A stretch of 64,000 nt of DNA from Octopus vulgaris (lineage: Eukaryota). Shown one piece after another: positions 24,664 through 37,038 of the stretch (positions are counted from its first letter, which is position 1; each line of letters opens with the position of its first letter). The DNA is taken from NCBI GenBank assembly GCA_951406725.2, contig OX597820.1, positions 2,542,001 to 2,606,000 of the forward strand, written 5' to 3'. The translations under genes and the position numbers were made by a program. The notes under the pieces are model-generated. The model was not told where the DNA came from, ran no database searches, and saw only the letters and a program-made list of their open reading frames with translations.

Positions 24664-25740
24664 ACAGTGCGTCCCAAAATTAAGACAACCAAAATTTCAG
24701 GCTTTAATAATTATCAATAAATGCGATATGAAAATTATTCATCCTTATAAAAGCTTAGTGTCTTCTTTTGGTTTCAGACTAAATAAATTCAGACCGAAAT
24801 ACAATCATAACCCTCCACAAATGAGGCGAAAGTAATTCAGTTTTTGTGAAGATGCTTAGATTTAAATGAACAACAGTCTGGAAAATTGTTGAGAAATTTC
24901 CACAGCTAATTGACCTGAATATGGCCGGAAAAGAAGTGTGCAGACCCCCTCAGCTCATCAAAAGAACCAGAGAAAAGATCTAGTGAAATCCTCGTCATTC
25001 CATCAGAAAATTGGCTGCTACAGCAAAAATAAGCAAGACATCGATGTGATCAAGTGCTGAAGGAGGATCTCAGGACACCCCCCACCCCGCACACAAGATG
25101 ATCCATGGTCATTAGCTCATGCAAGTTTATAATGCCATGAGACTGGAGAGAAGTCGTTGTCTTGTCCTGGTTCAGATTGCGGAAGTGAAGCTACCCAACC
25201 TGGTGTTCAGTGACAAAAAGTAATTTGATATCGAACAGACAATAAACCACCAGAATGACCGATTCAGGAGTATCTGGCTCCGTCAAGAGTATACTCATAA
25301 ATCGATGTTAAAATCCACTGTCAGTTATGGTTTGAGTGGCTGTGACAACCATTAGTTTTCCCCTCGTTTTTGTGCCGTTTTGTGCTAAAATTAATGCCCA
25401 GCAATACATTAATGAACTGCTTCCATGGACGATTGAGCACTTTCAAGGCACATCTTGAAGCTTTAACAGGACTCAGCACCATCCCACAGCTCCAAACAGA
25501 CAACACCACTGGATTCAGAAAACCAGTCCATCATTCATAGGCAAGGATGTATGACCCTCAACCAGCCCCAATCTCAACCCATTGAATTTTTCTGTTTGAT
25601 CCATTTTGAAGACAGGGGTCTTGAGCACACCTCATGCTTCGCTTAACACTCTGAAGGCTAAGGCAAAGCTGCACCAGAAACGGGCTTCGATTCCACAAGA
25701 ACAGCTGCATGCCACATGGAAGGCATTTGCACTAGCCTTA
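24664..25740 (+). mobile_element. Decayed Tc1/mariner (D-type third catalytic residue) transposon
   Basis: ta|cagtgcgtcccaaaatt terminus. Fragments SIRKLAATAKISKTS, LVFSDKK*F and *PSTSPNLNPLNFSV*SILK. Confidence 0.65.
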
Positions 25741-26267
25741 CAGTAAGGTCTGATTTGAGGGAGATTTGGCTGCTATTTCTACCATGTTACCAGGTCTAGC
25801 TACCATGTAGAGGTCCCTCTCATTGGCTCATATATATATACATACATAAGACAGTAAGGTGTGATTTGAGGGAGATTTGGCTGCTGTTTCTACCAGGTCT
25901 GTTAGGCCTTCTCATGTAAACTCAAGCTTTCTCATGCCTTGAACATAAGACCAAAGCAGAGAATGTATTCTTTTATTCTTCTGCTTTTTCCAGCCATTGG
26001 TCTGTGGCCATGCTGGGGCAATGCCTTGAAGAATTGTAGTTTAATGAATCAACTCCAGTTTTATTTTTGTAAGCATTGTACTTATTCTATCTGTTTCCTT
26101 TGTCAAACCACTAGGTGACAGGGATGTAAACAAACCAACATTCGTTGTCAAGCAGTGGTGGAGGACAATCACAAGCACAGACACGCACACACACACACAT
26201 ACATGCATACACATATACACACATACATACATACATACATATATATATATGTGTGTGTATATATATA

Positions 26268-26526
26268 TTGCAGCGTGGAAGGTGTTTGTAAGCCATTTAA
26301 GAAACACACAAAAACCGTTACATTCACTTCAACATTTAAATTTAATTTGCCAAAATATTTTCATCGCTTTGAGACCGCGACCTGTTCACTGACAAAAATA
26401 TCGTGCTAACAGGTCGCGGTCTCAAAGCGACGAAAATATTTTGACAAATTAAATTTAAATGTTGAAGTGAATCTAACGGTTTTTGTGTGTTTCTTAAATG
26501 GCTTATAAACACCTTCAACGCTGCAA
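26268..26526. repeat. Near-perfect inverted repeat, 119-bp arms, 21-nt spacer
   Basis: 26268-26386 is the reverse complement of 26408-26526 with few mismatches. Confidence 0.92.
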
Positions 26527-26598
26527 CTGTTTTCGTTCCAGCACACGATCTCAGATCAAGTCACTTGCTATGCAAGTACATCTCTGTAACTATATATA

Positions 26599-26637
<39 letters not shown>

Positions 26638-26700
26638 TGGTAAAAACAGTAAGATAACAAAAGAAAGAAAGAGACCTCAAAATTATGTAAATAGAGGAAA

Positions 26701-27072
26701 TCTTTATATATAAAAGTGAGGTTGTGTGTCTGTCTCCTACGATTTAGATTCCTAACTACTCCCACATTTTGCGGTGCAGTTTAACGTGATTCATATCGAG
26801 ACCGTCTGGGTATTAGTGCGCGTCTACGATGAGTCTACGATTTAAAAAAAAATTTACCATCAATTTTTCCCATTTTTAATCCATTTTTGACATATATAAG
26901 GGAAGTAACTCTCTAAAATTTATTATTAAATCTCAGAACGTAAAAAGCTACAGTAACACCCACCCCCTTTGTGGTTAGCCATATTGAGATGGCTATTATA
27001 CTTTACATCTCTAAAAATGCTTATATAATTATTTCCCTTACAAACCCGAGCAACGCCGGGCGATACTGCTAG
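26701..27072 (+). mobile_element. Non-autonomous Helitron
   Basis: A|TC start, subterminal hairpin cccgagcaacgccggg (27045-27060), CTAG|T end. Confidence 0.75.
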
Positions 27073-27855
27073 TATATATATAAACGGCAAAATGTCTGTG
27101 TGTGTGTGTGCATGTCCTTTATACAAATCTACAATTTTTCAGTTAGAGGGCTCACACTTTCTATGGTCATTCAAAACCCTCCAAGGGTGGTCGTGCACAT
27201 CTTTACATTTCCCCAGTCACCCTGCAAAGCCATTAAAAAATCAATACTCTTTACTCTTTTTACTCTTTTACTTGTTTCAGTCATTTGACTGCGGCCATGC
27301 TGGAGCACCGCCTTTTAATCGAGCAACTCGACCCTGGGACTTATTCTTTTTGTAAGCCCAGTACTTATTCTATCGGTCTCTTTTGCCGAACCGCTAAGTA
27401 ACGGGGACATAAACACACCAGCATTGGTTGTCAAGCAATGCTAGGGGGACAAACACAGACACACAAAGACACACACGCATATATATATATACGACGGGCT
27501 TCTTTCAGTTTCCGTCTACCAAATCCACTCACAAGGCCTTGGTCGGCCCGAGGCTATAGTAGAAGACACTTGCCCAAGGTGCCACGCAGTGGGACTGAAC
27601 CCGGAACCATGTGGTTGGTAAACAAGCTACTTACCATACAGCCACTCCTACGCCTCACTTAGAAGTGACTTTTTTGTGAATTTTCTATCCAAAACCCAAT
27701 CAAAATGCCCGAAACTTGATACGCCAATTGAATGCCAGCTAACTGTATGTGATTGGTCGGAGATTTGGACAGTACTCGCGTGTATGTGTGCACGCGCGCA
27801 GCTGTACATGCATGCACTAGCACTATGACGCGGCAACGCCGGGTCATAGTGCTAG
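27073..27855 (+). mobile_element. Second non-autonomous Helitron, interrupted by a SINE
   Basis: 3' hairpin ctatgacgcggcaacgccgggtcatag followed by tgCTAG|T. SINE inserted at about 27246-27655. Confidence 0.7.
27246..27655 (-). mobile_element. Young tRNA-derived SINE copy
   Basis: Same family as 8530-8928, with CpGs largely retained. Further copies at about 38160-38490(-), 39290-39700(+), 47490-47870(-), 51960-52305(+), 55865-56220(+), 56925-57270(-) and 57350-57830(+). Confidence 0.85.
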
Positions 27856-27857
27856 TA

Positions 27858-27896
<39 letters not shown>

Positions 27897-27976
27897 TTCA
27901 AAATGTAATCACATGTGAATTGCTGGTGATTTTTTCCTCCGTCTTCCTTTTCTCTTGGACTTTTCCTCTATCTCCT

Positions 27977-28011
27977 GTTTCTGAAGAAGAGTTTTGCTTG
28001 AAACGTAAAAC
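27977..28011 (+). ncRNA. Minimal type-I hammerhead ribozyme motif
   Basis: gttt-CTGAAGA-a-gagt/ttt/gctt-GAAA-c-GTA-aaac. Perfect 4-bp stem I, wobble-rich stem II, minimal palindromic ACGT stem III. Confidence 0.7.
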
Positions 28012-28793
28012 CACATTTCTTTCCTTCCCTGAGTGTCTGCTAATACTTTACATGTACCACATCCTCAAATTGTTTTTTGTGTTTGTTCTTATTTTGTATT
28101 TACTATATATATATATATACACACACACATATACAGACACATACACACAAACAACAACCTCAACAATCGTTTCACTAGGTCAGACCACACTCCTCACTGC
28201 AACACTCAACTTTTACGTCACTGGCATTGAAAGGACCTCAATGCATTGAAAAGTTACTGGCTTTTAAACTGTACACCTAACGGAAGAGGTATCATAATAG
28301 CATCATAGCTAAACACCCTTTATATCTTAAACAATCCACATCAAGTCATCTAAAACAGCTTTTCCTCAGACTCCAACTACCACAGCTGCCTGATGGACAG
28401 TTCCCTAACTTTCCTCAGACCACATCCATCCATTTTCACCGGCAATTATTCCTGAGAAGGTTAGGGATGAGGGTAGAGTCCTCAGACACACCCTGCATAA
28501 GATCTAGAAGAAGCAAGCATCATTACACTTTCTAGTTCAATTCCTAAGCACAACCAACTGTGGAATAAATGGCAGAAAAAAAATAATTGTTGGAATGGTC
28601 TTTATTTTGCCGTTACAATGGATAAACAACTGCTTCGAGTTGTTGCTTAAAGAATAGTAGTTCTGCAGTCCATTTCATAGGTAGTTATGCTCATCTGTGA
28701 GGTGACTGCTAGGAGACTGATGGCAAAAAGGGAAGAGAAGAAGTAAGAGAATTTAATTCTCTATGTTGGCGAGTAGAGAGTTGTATAGTCCTT

Positions 28794-29243
28794 GGATCTT
28801 TACCTTTTGACCGACAGATTTAAAAAATAATTTTTTGTAACTAAACACTTTCAAACTTCGGACATTGGTAGAATGTGTCATATAAAACATCTTTTACTCT
28901 TAGCATTTTTGAGAAAAACTTCCGGCGGTGTATATTTCGTTTGTCACTGTTATTTATGACAACCCTAACCCTAAAACCTTAAAACCAGTACAAACGCACG
29001 AACGATGTCATAAATAACAGTGACAAACAACAGCAGTAATTTTATTCAGCTGAATACACGTCATTGATTGGTTGAAATTACCGAAATACGAGAACTTTAA
29101 CTTGAAATAACTTCGTAAATATAAGTTTTTCTCAAAAATGCTAAGAGTAAAACATGTTTTATATGACACATTCTACTAGTGTCTGAAGTTTGAAAGTGTT
29201 TAGTTACAAAAAATTATTTTCGTCGGTCAAAAGGTAAAGATCC
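28794..29243. mobile_element. MITE with TIRs of about 125 bp and 8-bp TSD (Merlin-like GG termini)
   Basis: GGATCTTTACCTTTTGACCGAC...GTCGGTCAAAAGGTAAAGATCC. Exact TSD tagtcctt at 28786-28793 and 29244-29251. Confidence 0.88.
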
Positions 29244-29379
29244 TAGTCCTTTATTGGCGAGGGACAACGTGGACATTCTACAGAATGTGGTAGAACTCCG
29301 TGTTCACGAAAGAAAAAAATGTATAGATACATTGTCATTCATTGGAAAACGTTGAATGGCCCCGTATAGGCTGACTAAA

Positions 29380-29565
29380 CAATAATTACAGCTTGCCATA
29401 ACTCGAAATAACGGCAACCTTAAATACATTAGGCTCAATCCTAACTTCAAACTGAACGGCAATCCTGAATGAAGCTTTTTGATTGGTCATTAAGCGATAA
29501 ATAACAAAATCTACCGCTTTAATAACCAATGAAATCGCTCGATAGGATTCGCCGTTCAAATATCA
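29380..29565. promoter_or_regulatory. Possible promoter (CCAAT boxes, AACGG Myb-like sites, TTCAAA/CHR-like sites)
   Basis: ATTGG 29482 and CCAAT 29526; TAACGG 29409, GAACGG 29454 and CCGTT 29552; TTCAAA 29446 and 29555. Locally CpG-rich non-repeat DNA. Confidence 0.3.
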
Positions 29566-29699
29566 TGAAACCTATTTCACTTATTCCAAACATGGATTCC
29601 AGCAAACTCTGTGAGAAACCATCTAAACAGCAAATTGTGCTTGGAACCCTCTTAAAATGGGAATATCTCTGAAATGGTTAGTTTGCCCTATTTTTTAAT

Positions 29700-30430
29700 G
29701 CGTCCATTTTACCCTAGAGGACTGTTTTTGTTTTTTTTTAATTTGTCGTTGGGAAAGATTCTTCATGTTTCCCGAAACCAGTTTTTTCTTCAAAGATGTT
29801 TTGTAAGACCGTTCGGAATGAGATGCTGGACTGCCTTCTACAAATATACAACGAGGAAAAGAAAGACCGAAATAGGAGAAGCTTCGTTTGTAGTCACAAT
29901 GGCTGATGACAGAAGAGATGTTTTGGGACACACTCAAATGGACATTGTTCTGCGGTACGTGTTGAATGAAGAAATATTTGAGCGTTTTGGGGGATTCTTT
30001 ATTCCAGAAAATCAAGCTGCAGTTGGCAGAAAAGCTTCACTAGTTTTAAGAATGAACTGCCTACAGAAGAGACCACTGAAGCATATTCCATGACTGACAA
30101 AAGCTTGCAACTGAACTGGAAGTATTCTGTTGTAAGATCCGATAAGCATGAAAATTGCAAATTAATTGAGTCGCTGAAATTTATCTTGGAAAATAATCTA
30201 AATGAAACTACGAAACTGATAAAAGTCCTTTTGACAAATGCCATGATAACATCAGAGGCAGAATGCTGCTTTTCGACACTTAAAAGAATAAAAGCTTTTC
30301 TAAGAGCAACTGGGAAATCTGAAAGACGAAATGCATTGGCAGTGCTTTGAATGGAGAAAACTTTGCTCAACAGTCATCCAGGGATCAAGGAGAAAACGAT
30401 TAACCTTTTCGCTCAGTAAAACGAGTGGAT
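29700..30430 (+). mobile_element. Internally deleted hAT (ZMYM1/Tip100-like) transposase relic
   Basis: FVVTMADDRRDVLGHTQMDIVLRYV..IFERFGGF (DUF4371-like) and KLIKVLLTNAMITSEAECCFSTLKRIKAFLRAT (hAT dimerisation motif). Confidence 0.8.
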
Positions 30431-33184
30431 TTCATTTTTAAGTGAATGGATGAGGCTAATGGTGTTTCTTTAATTTAAATTATTGTTTACTATTATTTAA
30501 GGCAAACACAAGTAAAACGCAAATTCTCTTCACTTTAATGTTGTTGTCCGTATTTAATTTCGATTTGCATAGGTTCGTCAGTTCACTACGATCTCTTTAA
30601 ACCAAATCGAAAATTTAAATTGGGGGAAACAGACACACCAGGATATCCAAAACTCCCGTCCCGTTGATAATTGTTACGTATGGATGATGGCAGAAGAGGA
30701 ACTGCTTAAGAAGGTAACACAATGGAAAACGGCTAAATTTGTTGATGTCGAAGGTCGGACAAATATTGTAGGACGGCACAGAGAGCCGGAAGGAAGAAAT
30801 AGCGAAATTCAAGAAAGGATATATGTGTTGGAGGGTGATTGCGGACTTAGAAACGATACCAGACAATGTGAGATACGGAGATCTAACACAGAGAAAATAT
30901 GGTGTAGATGTTTTGAAAGACTCTCAATTCAAAAGCTAGAAGAAGGAAGTGATGCTGCTTGAGTTGGGGCAAGTAGGACATTTTCATTGAGTCATGTTAT
31001 CATACGTTTAATTTAATTTTTCATTTTATTTATTTTTTTCGTGTTTATGTGTCCCCACATGTGTTTTGTATTGTCCCCTCTATGTTAGCCCCTTGTGGGC
31101 AATAAAAAAAAAAGGGGAAAAATGCATTTTTCAAGGTGAGGTGCGAAACTGCTTTTAGCCCCGAATGGATCTAGCTTGGACCGTGACAACTTTTTAGTAA
31201 GTAAAAAAAAATCATTTTTTCCTTTGGAATTTTGTCAAGTTTATGTATAAATTTTATCCACGAGCTGCCTTTGCGCGGGACTCTGGGGAGAGTCTGGGGT
31301 AACAAGAGGAACATTAAGAGTTAGGATTTTACCACTTTAGAAAGTATATCAACCACTACACAATAACTCATTGAATAGTTTAGATTTCTTAATAAACCAC
31401 CTTGATGTTTATTAAGAAATTAACTCATGTCTCGCTAGACAAGCATTCGAGTTTCCTGAAGATTTGGGGCCATCAAAGCCCTTCTCGGTTTGCAAATCAT
31501 GGCGGGGTAAAGAATACGCACACCACCCGTTTTCGGCCTAGTCTTAACCCTAAACACCGAACGTGCCTATTGTTTACCTTCGCCCCAAATTATGGGGTAT
31601 TTGACAGTATTGGTGCAAGTAGGATTATTTTGAATTTCTAGATTTCCCTCTGACATTTTGGTTGTCTGGTGGAAAGGAAGAATTACAGGTCAACCTCTCT
31701 ATTAAAATGTGCGTAGTACTGAGAAAAACCTGACATTCGGTCGATAATTATGTATTCCGTTGTCGTTCGATCGATGTTCAATGAATTTCAATGGTGCGTT
31801 CAAAAGGAAAAGAAAACAAACAAACTATAAAGTCTAAAGGTGGTGCTCCAGCATGACCGCGGTGCTATGACTGAAACAAGTAAATGATGAAATATATCTA
31901 AAGGCGAAATAAAAGTGAATGGCTGAGATGTGAAGAGACAACGAACGACACAATTACAAAAGCTGACATGATAAAGCTTGTTTGCCTGGAGTCGGAAACT
32001 GATTTTTTCAAATTGTTATTTCACACGAACGATGTCAGATATTTTTTATCGATTCGTTTACAAACTAAAAACCCGAAGCAAAAATACAGAAACCAGAATG
32101 CATTTCTCTACGTGTTGTGGTTTAACCCATTAAGTCCCACTGTCCTATAAATAGGACACTAAATGAGAACCTTAAAATAAGCTGTAATCACATTGTCCCA
32201 GTGTCCTATTTATAGGACACCGAGTATTTCCATTTCTACTTGAAGTAAAGGAGTTTTAATAATTATTTTTTTTCATTTTAACCTATTTTCAATCATCTGT
32301 AAAAAATTTAAAATGATATTCAGAAATTCAAGTAGTCTTGGATCTTCGGCCAGGTAGACTGGTGATTGCTTGACAAACTTTCAGAGTAGCTGTCCCGGAT
32401 TTCCCCTCCATTTTATTGTATCCCACATTTAAAATTTTTAAGATGTCCTCTCCACTGACATCTAAATAAAAATGTTTTTAATCCATCTTTGCCAAATGTC
32501 TCACCTTACATACCTTCACTCATCCTGCTTTCGGATGTGGGTCCCCCCCCTTTTTTCATTATTTAAAATTTTTTTCATCATTTTAGATTCTGAAACCCCG
32601 TCTCCCTTTATCCCTCTCCGTGGCGTGACTTTCAGAGGGTCCCCTGCAACTTTTTGTTTCGAGGCCTCTTCCCTTCAATCAAAATTCCTAATCTACACAC
32701 CTTTTATTCATAGCTACGTTTTAGTTTATTCTGTCTGAAGTTCAATATTTCATGTTATCCTAAAGAACATCTTTAAAACTACAAGTTAGATTTATTTAGG
32801 TCTGTTACAAATTTCAATAAGGAAAACTTCCAGACATGAATAAAAGAGTATTTTTATAATCCAGGCAACTTTCAAAGACAAACGTGGCGCACTTTCCGCT
32901 TCGCATAATCATCGATCTGTTCAGAATAATCAAGCTGAGAGCCACGTTCGTGTTCAATAGATATCACAGACAATCCACAAGTCTTGTACATAATATTTTT
33001 CGAAAACGTTCGTGGTACAATGTAATATTTTTACAAAAACTTTTACAGATACAATGTTATTTCCATTTTATTTCTTGAAATTTTCAGTTAACATAATTCT
33101 TGTCCAAATAGGTAACTCGGATCTTTTCCCTTTGAACGACACTTTGTAACATAATTTCTAGGTAACTAAAAAGTTTTAACCTTC

Positions 33185-36100
33185 GAAGGTAGGTGTCTTA
33201 CTTCAAATCTCCCACATGCACCATAAGCTATTTCGGCACTCCACATAAGACGTCACCACGATGGCAGCTAAAATCAGGATTGCCAGCGACGTTATCAGAC
33301 ACTTTAATGGTGAGGGCGATGTAGTGGCCTGGATGCATAAAATCAGGCTTGTGGCGAGATTGCAAGGCATTAGCGATGTGGCGAGCCTTATGGCACTATA
33401 TTTGGGAACGCATTGACTCTATAAAGAAGGTCTGAGCGAGAAGATTGAGTGACGTTTGAGAGAGGCTTACACTGAGTGTGAGTATACAGCCTGTGTTAAG
33501 CTGGGCACGATTAAATGGACGAGAGAGCAGGTGGAGGTGCGTAGGCTGGTCACACTGGCTGGGTTTACAGGAGAAGGCCTGGACAGAGCAGCGAGACTGG
33601 CATTTGTAAGTGGGTTCCCTGACGATGTAGGGATTCGACTGCAGCAATTGCCAGGGGGCAAATAGATGGTGCTGAGTGAACGTGTGACTCAAGCCCGTAT
33701 GTTGACGCGAAAAACTGGATGGCAGTAATGGAGGCGCATAAAGACAGCCGACAGCCAGAGAAAGACACGAAGTCTACCGTGCAATGACAGCAGCCGTTCT
33801 CAGACCGGTGTTTTAAATGTCAGGGGCCGCACATGGTGAGGGAGTGTATGCAACCGGGGCCTGTCTGCTATCGATGCAGGCAGACAGGGCACATCGCCCA
33901 TGATTGCGACCAGGGAAACGACCGTGGGGAAGTTGCTGCCTCTCGAACTTTCCCCACAAATGAGTAGAGGCGCTTTTGGAGATGCCGCCCTTAATTGATG
34001 TCGAGGCCAAGGGAAAGACGTTCAAGGCCCTTGTGGATACGGGTTGCACGACCACCCTTGTGACTTCAAGGGTGACGAAAAAATGGAATGGGGCAAGTAG
34101 CGTCCGGGCAGTAGATGGCAGCGAAATCTGTTGCAGAGGCAGCAGCAAGGTAGAGATAGTGGTGCAAGGTGTGATGCTAAGGCTGCAGGTAATTGTGGTT
34201 GAACACGTGATAGATGGGGTTGATGTGATGGGGATGGACGCCATCGACAGCCTCGGTGGTGTCAGTATTGTAGGAGATGAGGTCATGTTCGGAAGCATGG
34301 GGGTGTCGTGAACTGAGTCAGGATAGCCAGAAAGGGCAGGGCCCCATGAGGGACTGCACTGGTTACACCATTGAGGACAAGGATTTTCAGGCAGCATTCG
34401 ATGGTCAGCCGTGAACGATAGAGTGGCGATGGAAGGACGAGCCCCCGATGCTGAGAAACAGAGTGAGCTGCTACCAGCGAACCCTGAAAGGTCACGCCAG
34501 GGTCGAGTTTGAAGACGAGGTAGAGAGGTGGATCAGGGAAGGAGTCCTTGTCCCATGAGAAGAGGAGGTAGTGGGCAGAGTGCTACCTCTGATGGCTGTG
34601 GTGCAGCTGACGAAGGGATAAGTCAGACCGACACTGGACTTTAGAGAGCTAAATGAGCATATATCGTGCCACACAGGAGGTGAGGTGACGGACGTTTGTG
34701 GCGAGACATTACGTGTGTGGAGATTGTCGACTTGAAATCGGTATACTTGCAGCTCCATGTGAGCAACAAACTGTGGCGATATCAGCTTGTGCAGTACAAG
34801 GGCCAGACGTACTGTTTAAGCAGACTGGATTTCGGACTGAATTCTGCTCCAAAGATCATGTTGGAGGTGCTTAAGTCTGTACTAGGAAAAGAGAACAAGA
34901 AAGGCCACCAGTTCTTACATAGACGACATTTTGGTGGACGAAACTGTAGTGCCAGCCAACGAGGTAGTGAGACATCTGGAGAAGTTCGAACTGATTGCAA
35001 AGCCACCAGAGTCGATGGAAGGGGAAGCTGCACTGGGGCTGAAGCTGCAAAGAGATAGATCGGGTGTGTTGGTGTTCCGGAGAGGAAATGAAATCCCAGA
35101 GCTAAGTTCGAGCGTCAGCAGGAGAGAGCTGTTCTCGGTGTGTGGGAAGCTGGTCGGTCACTACCAAATCGCTGGATGGCTGCGCACAGCGTGCATTTAC
35201 ACCAAGAGATGAGCGGTAGGGGAGAGCTGGGGCGACAAGGTGGGAGAAGGGACGGTGGCGATGATGCAGGAAATCCTAGAGAGGATGAGAGCGGAAGACC
35301 CGGTCAGGGGGAACTGGTATGTGCCCAAGACGGAATGCGGGGCCGTCTGGTGTGATACTAGCAGTATAACGACAGGGGTTGTGTTGGAGATGGAAGGTGC
35401 TGAGGTGGAGGATGTGACCTGGCTTCAGAAAGCAGATGACTTCAACTACATCAATGTCGCCGAATTAGATGTGGTGCTGAAGGCGGTGAACTTGGCTCCG
35501 AAATGGGGGCTGTGCTCAATCAAAATCTGGACAGATTCGGCCACTGTGCTTGGCTGGGTAGGATCGATGATCACCAGTGAGAGAAGAGTTCGGATGAAAG
35601 GTGCCGCAGAGATGTTGGTGAAGCGCCATCTAGGGAGTTCTAGGAGAATTGATTGCCGAGTTCGGACTGAAACTGAACATGATTTTTGTGCCTTCAGAGA
35701 GAAACAGGGCAGACGAACTGATCTGAGTGAAAAGAGTGTGGATGGAGGAGCCGGAGGAGGCACAGAAAGGAAAAGCTGCAGCATGTCGGTTGGATGACTC
35801 CGAACTGAAGAGACTGCAGGCTACGCATCACTTGGGTGTGGACAGGACCCTGTATCTGGCGAAAAAGATTGATGCTGATATTACTTGGAGAAGCATCCGG
35901 AAAGTGGTTGGGAGCAGCGACAGGTGTCAGTCCATTGACCCTGCTCCATGAGCAAGGAAACCTTTTGGTGGAGCACAACTGGAAGAGGCTAGCTGTGGAT
36001 GTGACGCACTACCATCAGGGAATGTATCTCTCCATGGTCGACTGCTGACCATTTGCAGGGAGTTGAGGACGGGCATTACTGACGAGATTGCGCAGATTTT

Positions 36101-36987
36101 GAACGGGATATTTTTAGAGAAGGGTCCCATGGAAGAACTGCTAATGGACAATGGAGCAGAGTTTCGTTCGGAAGCATTGAGGAATATGCTCGGATGGTGG
36201 AAAGTGCGTTGCTTGTTCAGAGCACCGTATAGTCCAAACGGTAACGGAATCATAGAGCGGTACCATCAGACAGTCAGGGCCATAGCGGAAAGAGCGCACA
36301 ATTCGCCGCTGGAAGCAGTTTTCTGGTACAACATGTCTCTCCGATCCGGAAAAGCTGAAGAATCTGTGCTACACAGAGTGCTATTTAAATACGAATGGAG
36401 GCATCCAAGTAAAGCACCGGAGTGTCACAAGGAAGAGAAGGGACCCACCTGCGTGAAAATAGGGGAGGAAGTCTGGGTTAAGTCACTGAAGGCACGCTGT
36501 ACGTCTCAATGGAGTAGAGGAACGGTGACGGCGGTCAATTCCAGAAACAACGTCTCCGTGGATGGAATGTTGTGACGCATCTTGGACCTTCGCAGGATTG
36601 TCGCTTAGTCGGATGATGATTGTGAAGAGGAGGAGAACGAGGTGCTTAGCCTGAGAAGATCTCAACGTGCAAGGCTCCCTCCCGGTTTGATGGTGGACTT
36701 CGACATGGAGTAGAGAGAATGTGATCTTTAAGGTCAGGGTGGCGTGTGGGATGACATCAGCAGCTGGGGAGCTGACCAGTAGAGGAAGGGCGCAAGAGTG
36801 ATGTGCATGCAGGCAGGGGATGATTGGGCCTTTTCGATCGGGGTAGCAGACAGTGCTGGACGCATGAGCGCTTCAACAAGGTGAGGGAAAAGCAGCTATT
36901 TTTAGCGTTTGGGTTGGGCCACATGGAAAGGTGTGTTACCACCGGAGAGGTCTGCATTGACGAAGAGAAGGTAGGTGTCTTACTTCA
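33185..36987 (+). mobile_element. LTR retrotransposon relic with Gypsy-like order gag-PR-RT-RH-INT
   Basis: gag from 33261 with knuckles CFKCQGPHMVREC and CYRCRQTGHIAHDC. PR KALVDTG; RT DLKSVYLQL, FGLNSAPKI, SYIDDILV; RH WCDTSS, INVAELD, WTDSAT; INT HHLGVDRT, LAVDVTHY, MDNGAEF, NGIIERYH. Many stops and frameshifts. Confidence 0.92.
36745..36987 (+). repeat. 3' LTR (TG...CA)
   Basis: Begins TGTGGG after a G-rich tract and ends acttCA. The last 21 nt are identical to 33185-33205. Confidence 0.7.
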
Positions 36988-37038
36988 ATTCGAACCTGTG
37001 TTCTTATTCCTAAGGTATTTTTTGATGTTATTATTATT

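Noticed and set aside
28448-28495. Additional hammerhead-like remnant (gggatgaggg..cctcagacaccc)
   Set aside because: Both CUGANGA and GAAA are broken, so it is too degenerate to call.
28962-28973. Telomere or interstitial telomeric array
   Set aside because: Only two CCCTAA units, inside a MITE.
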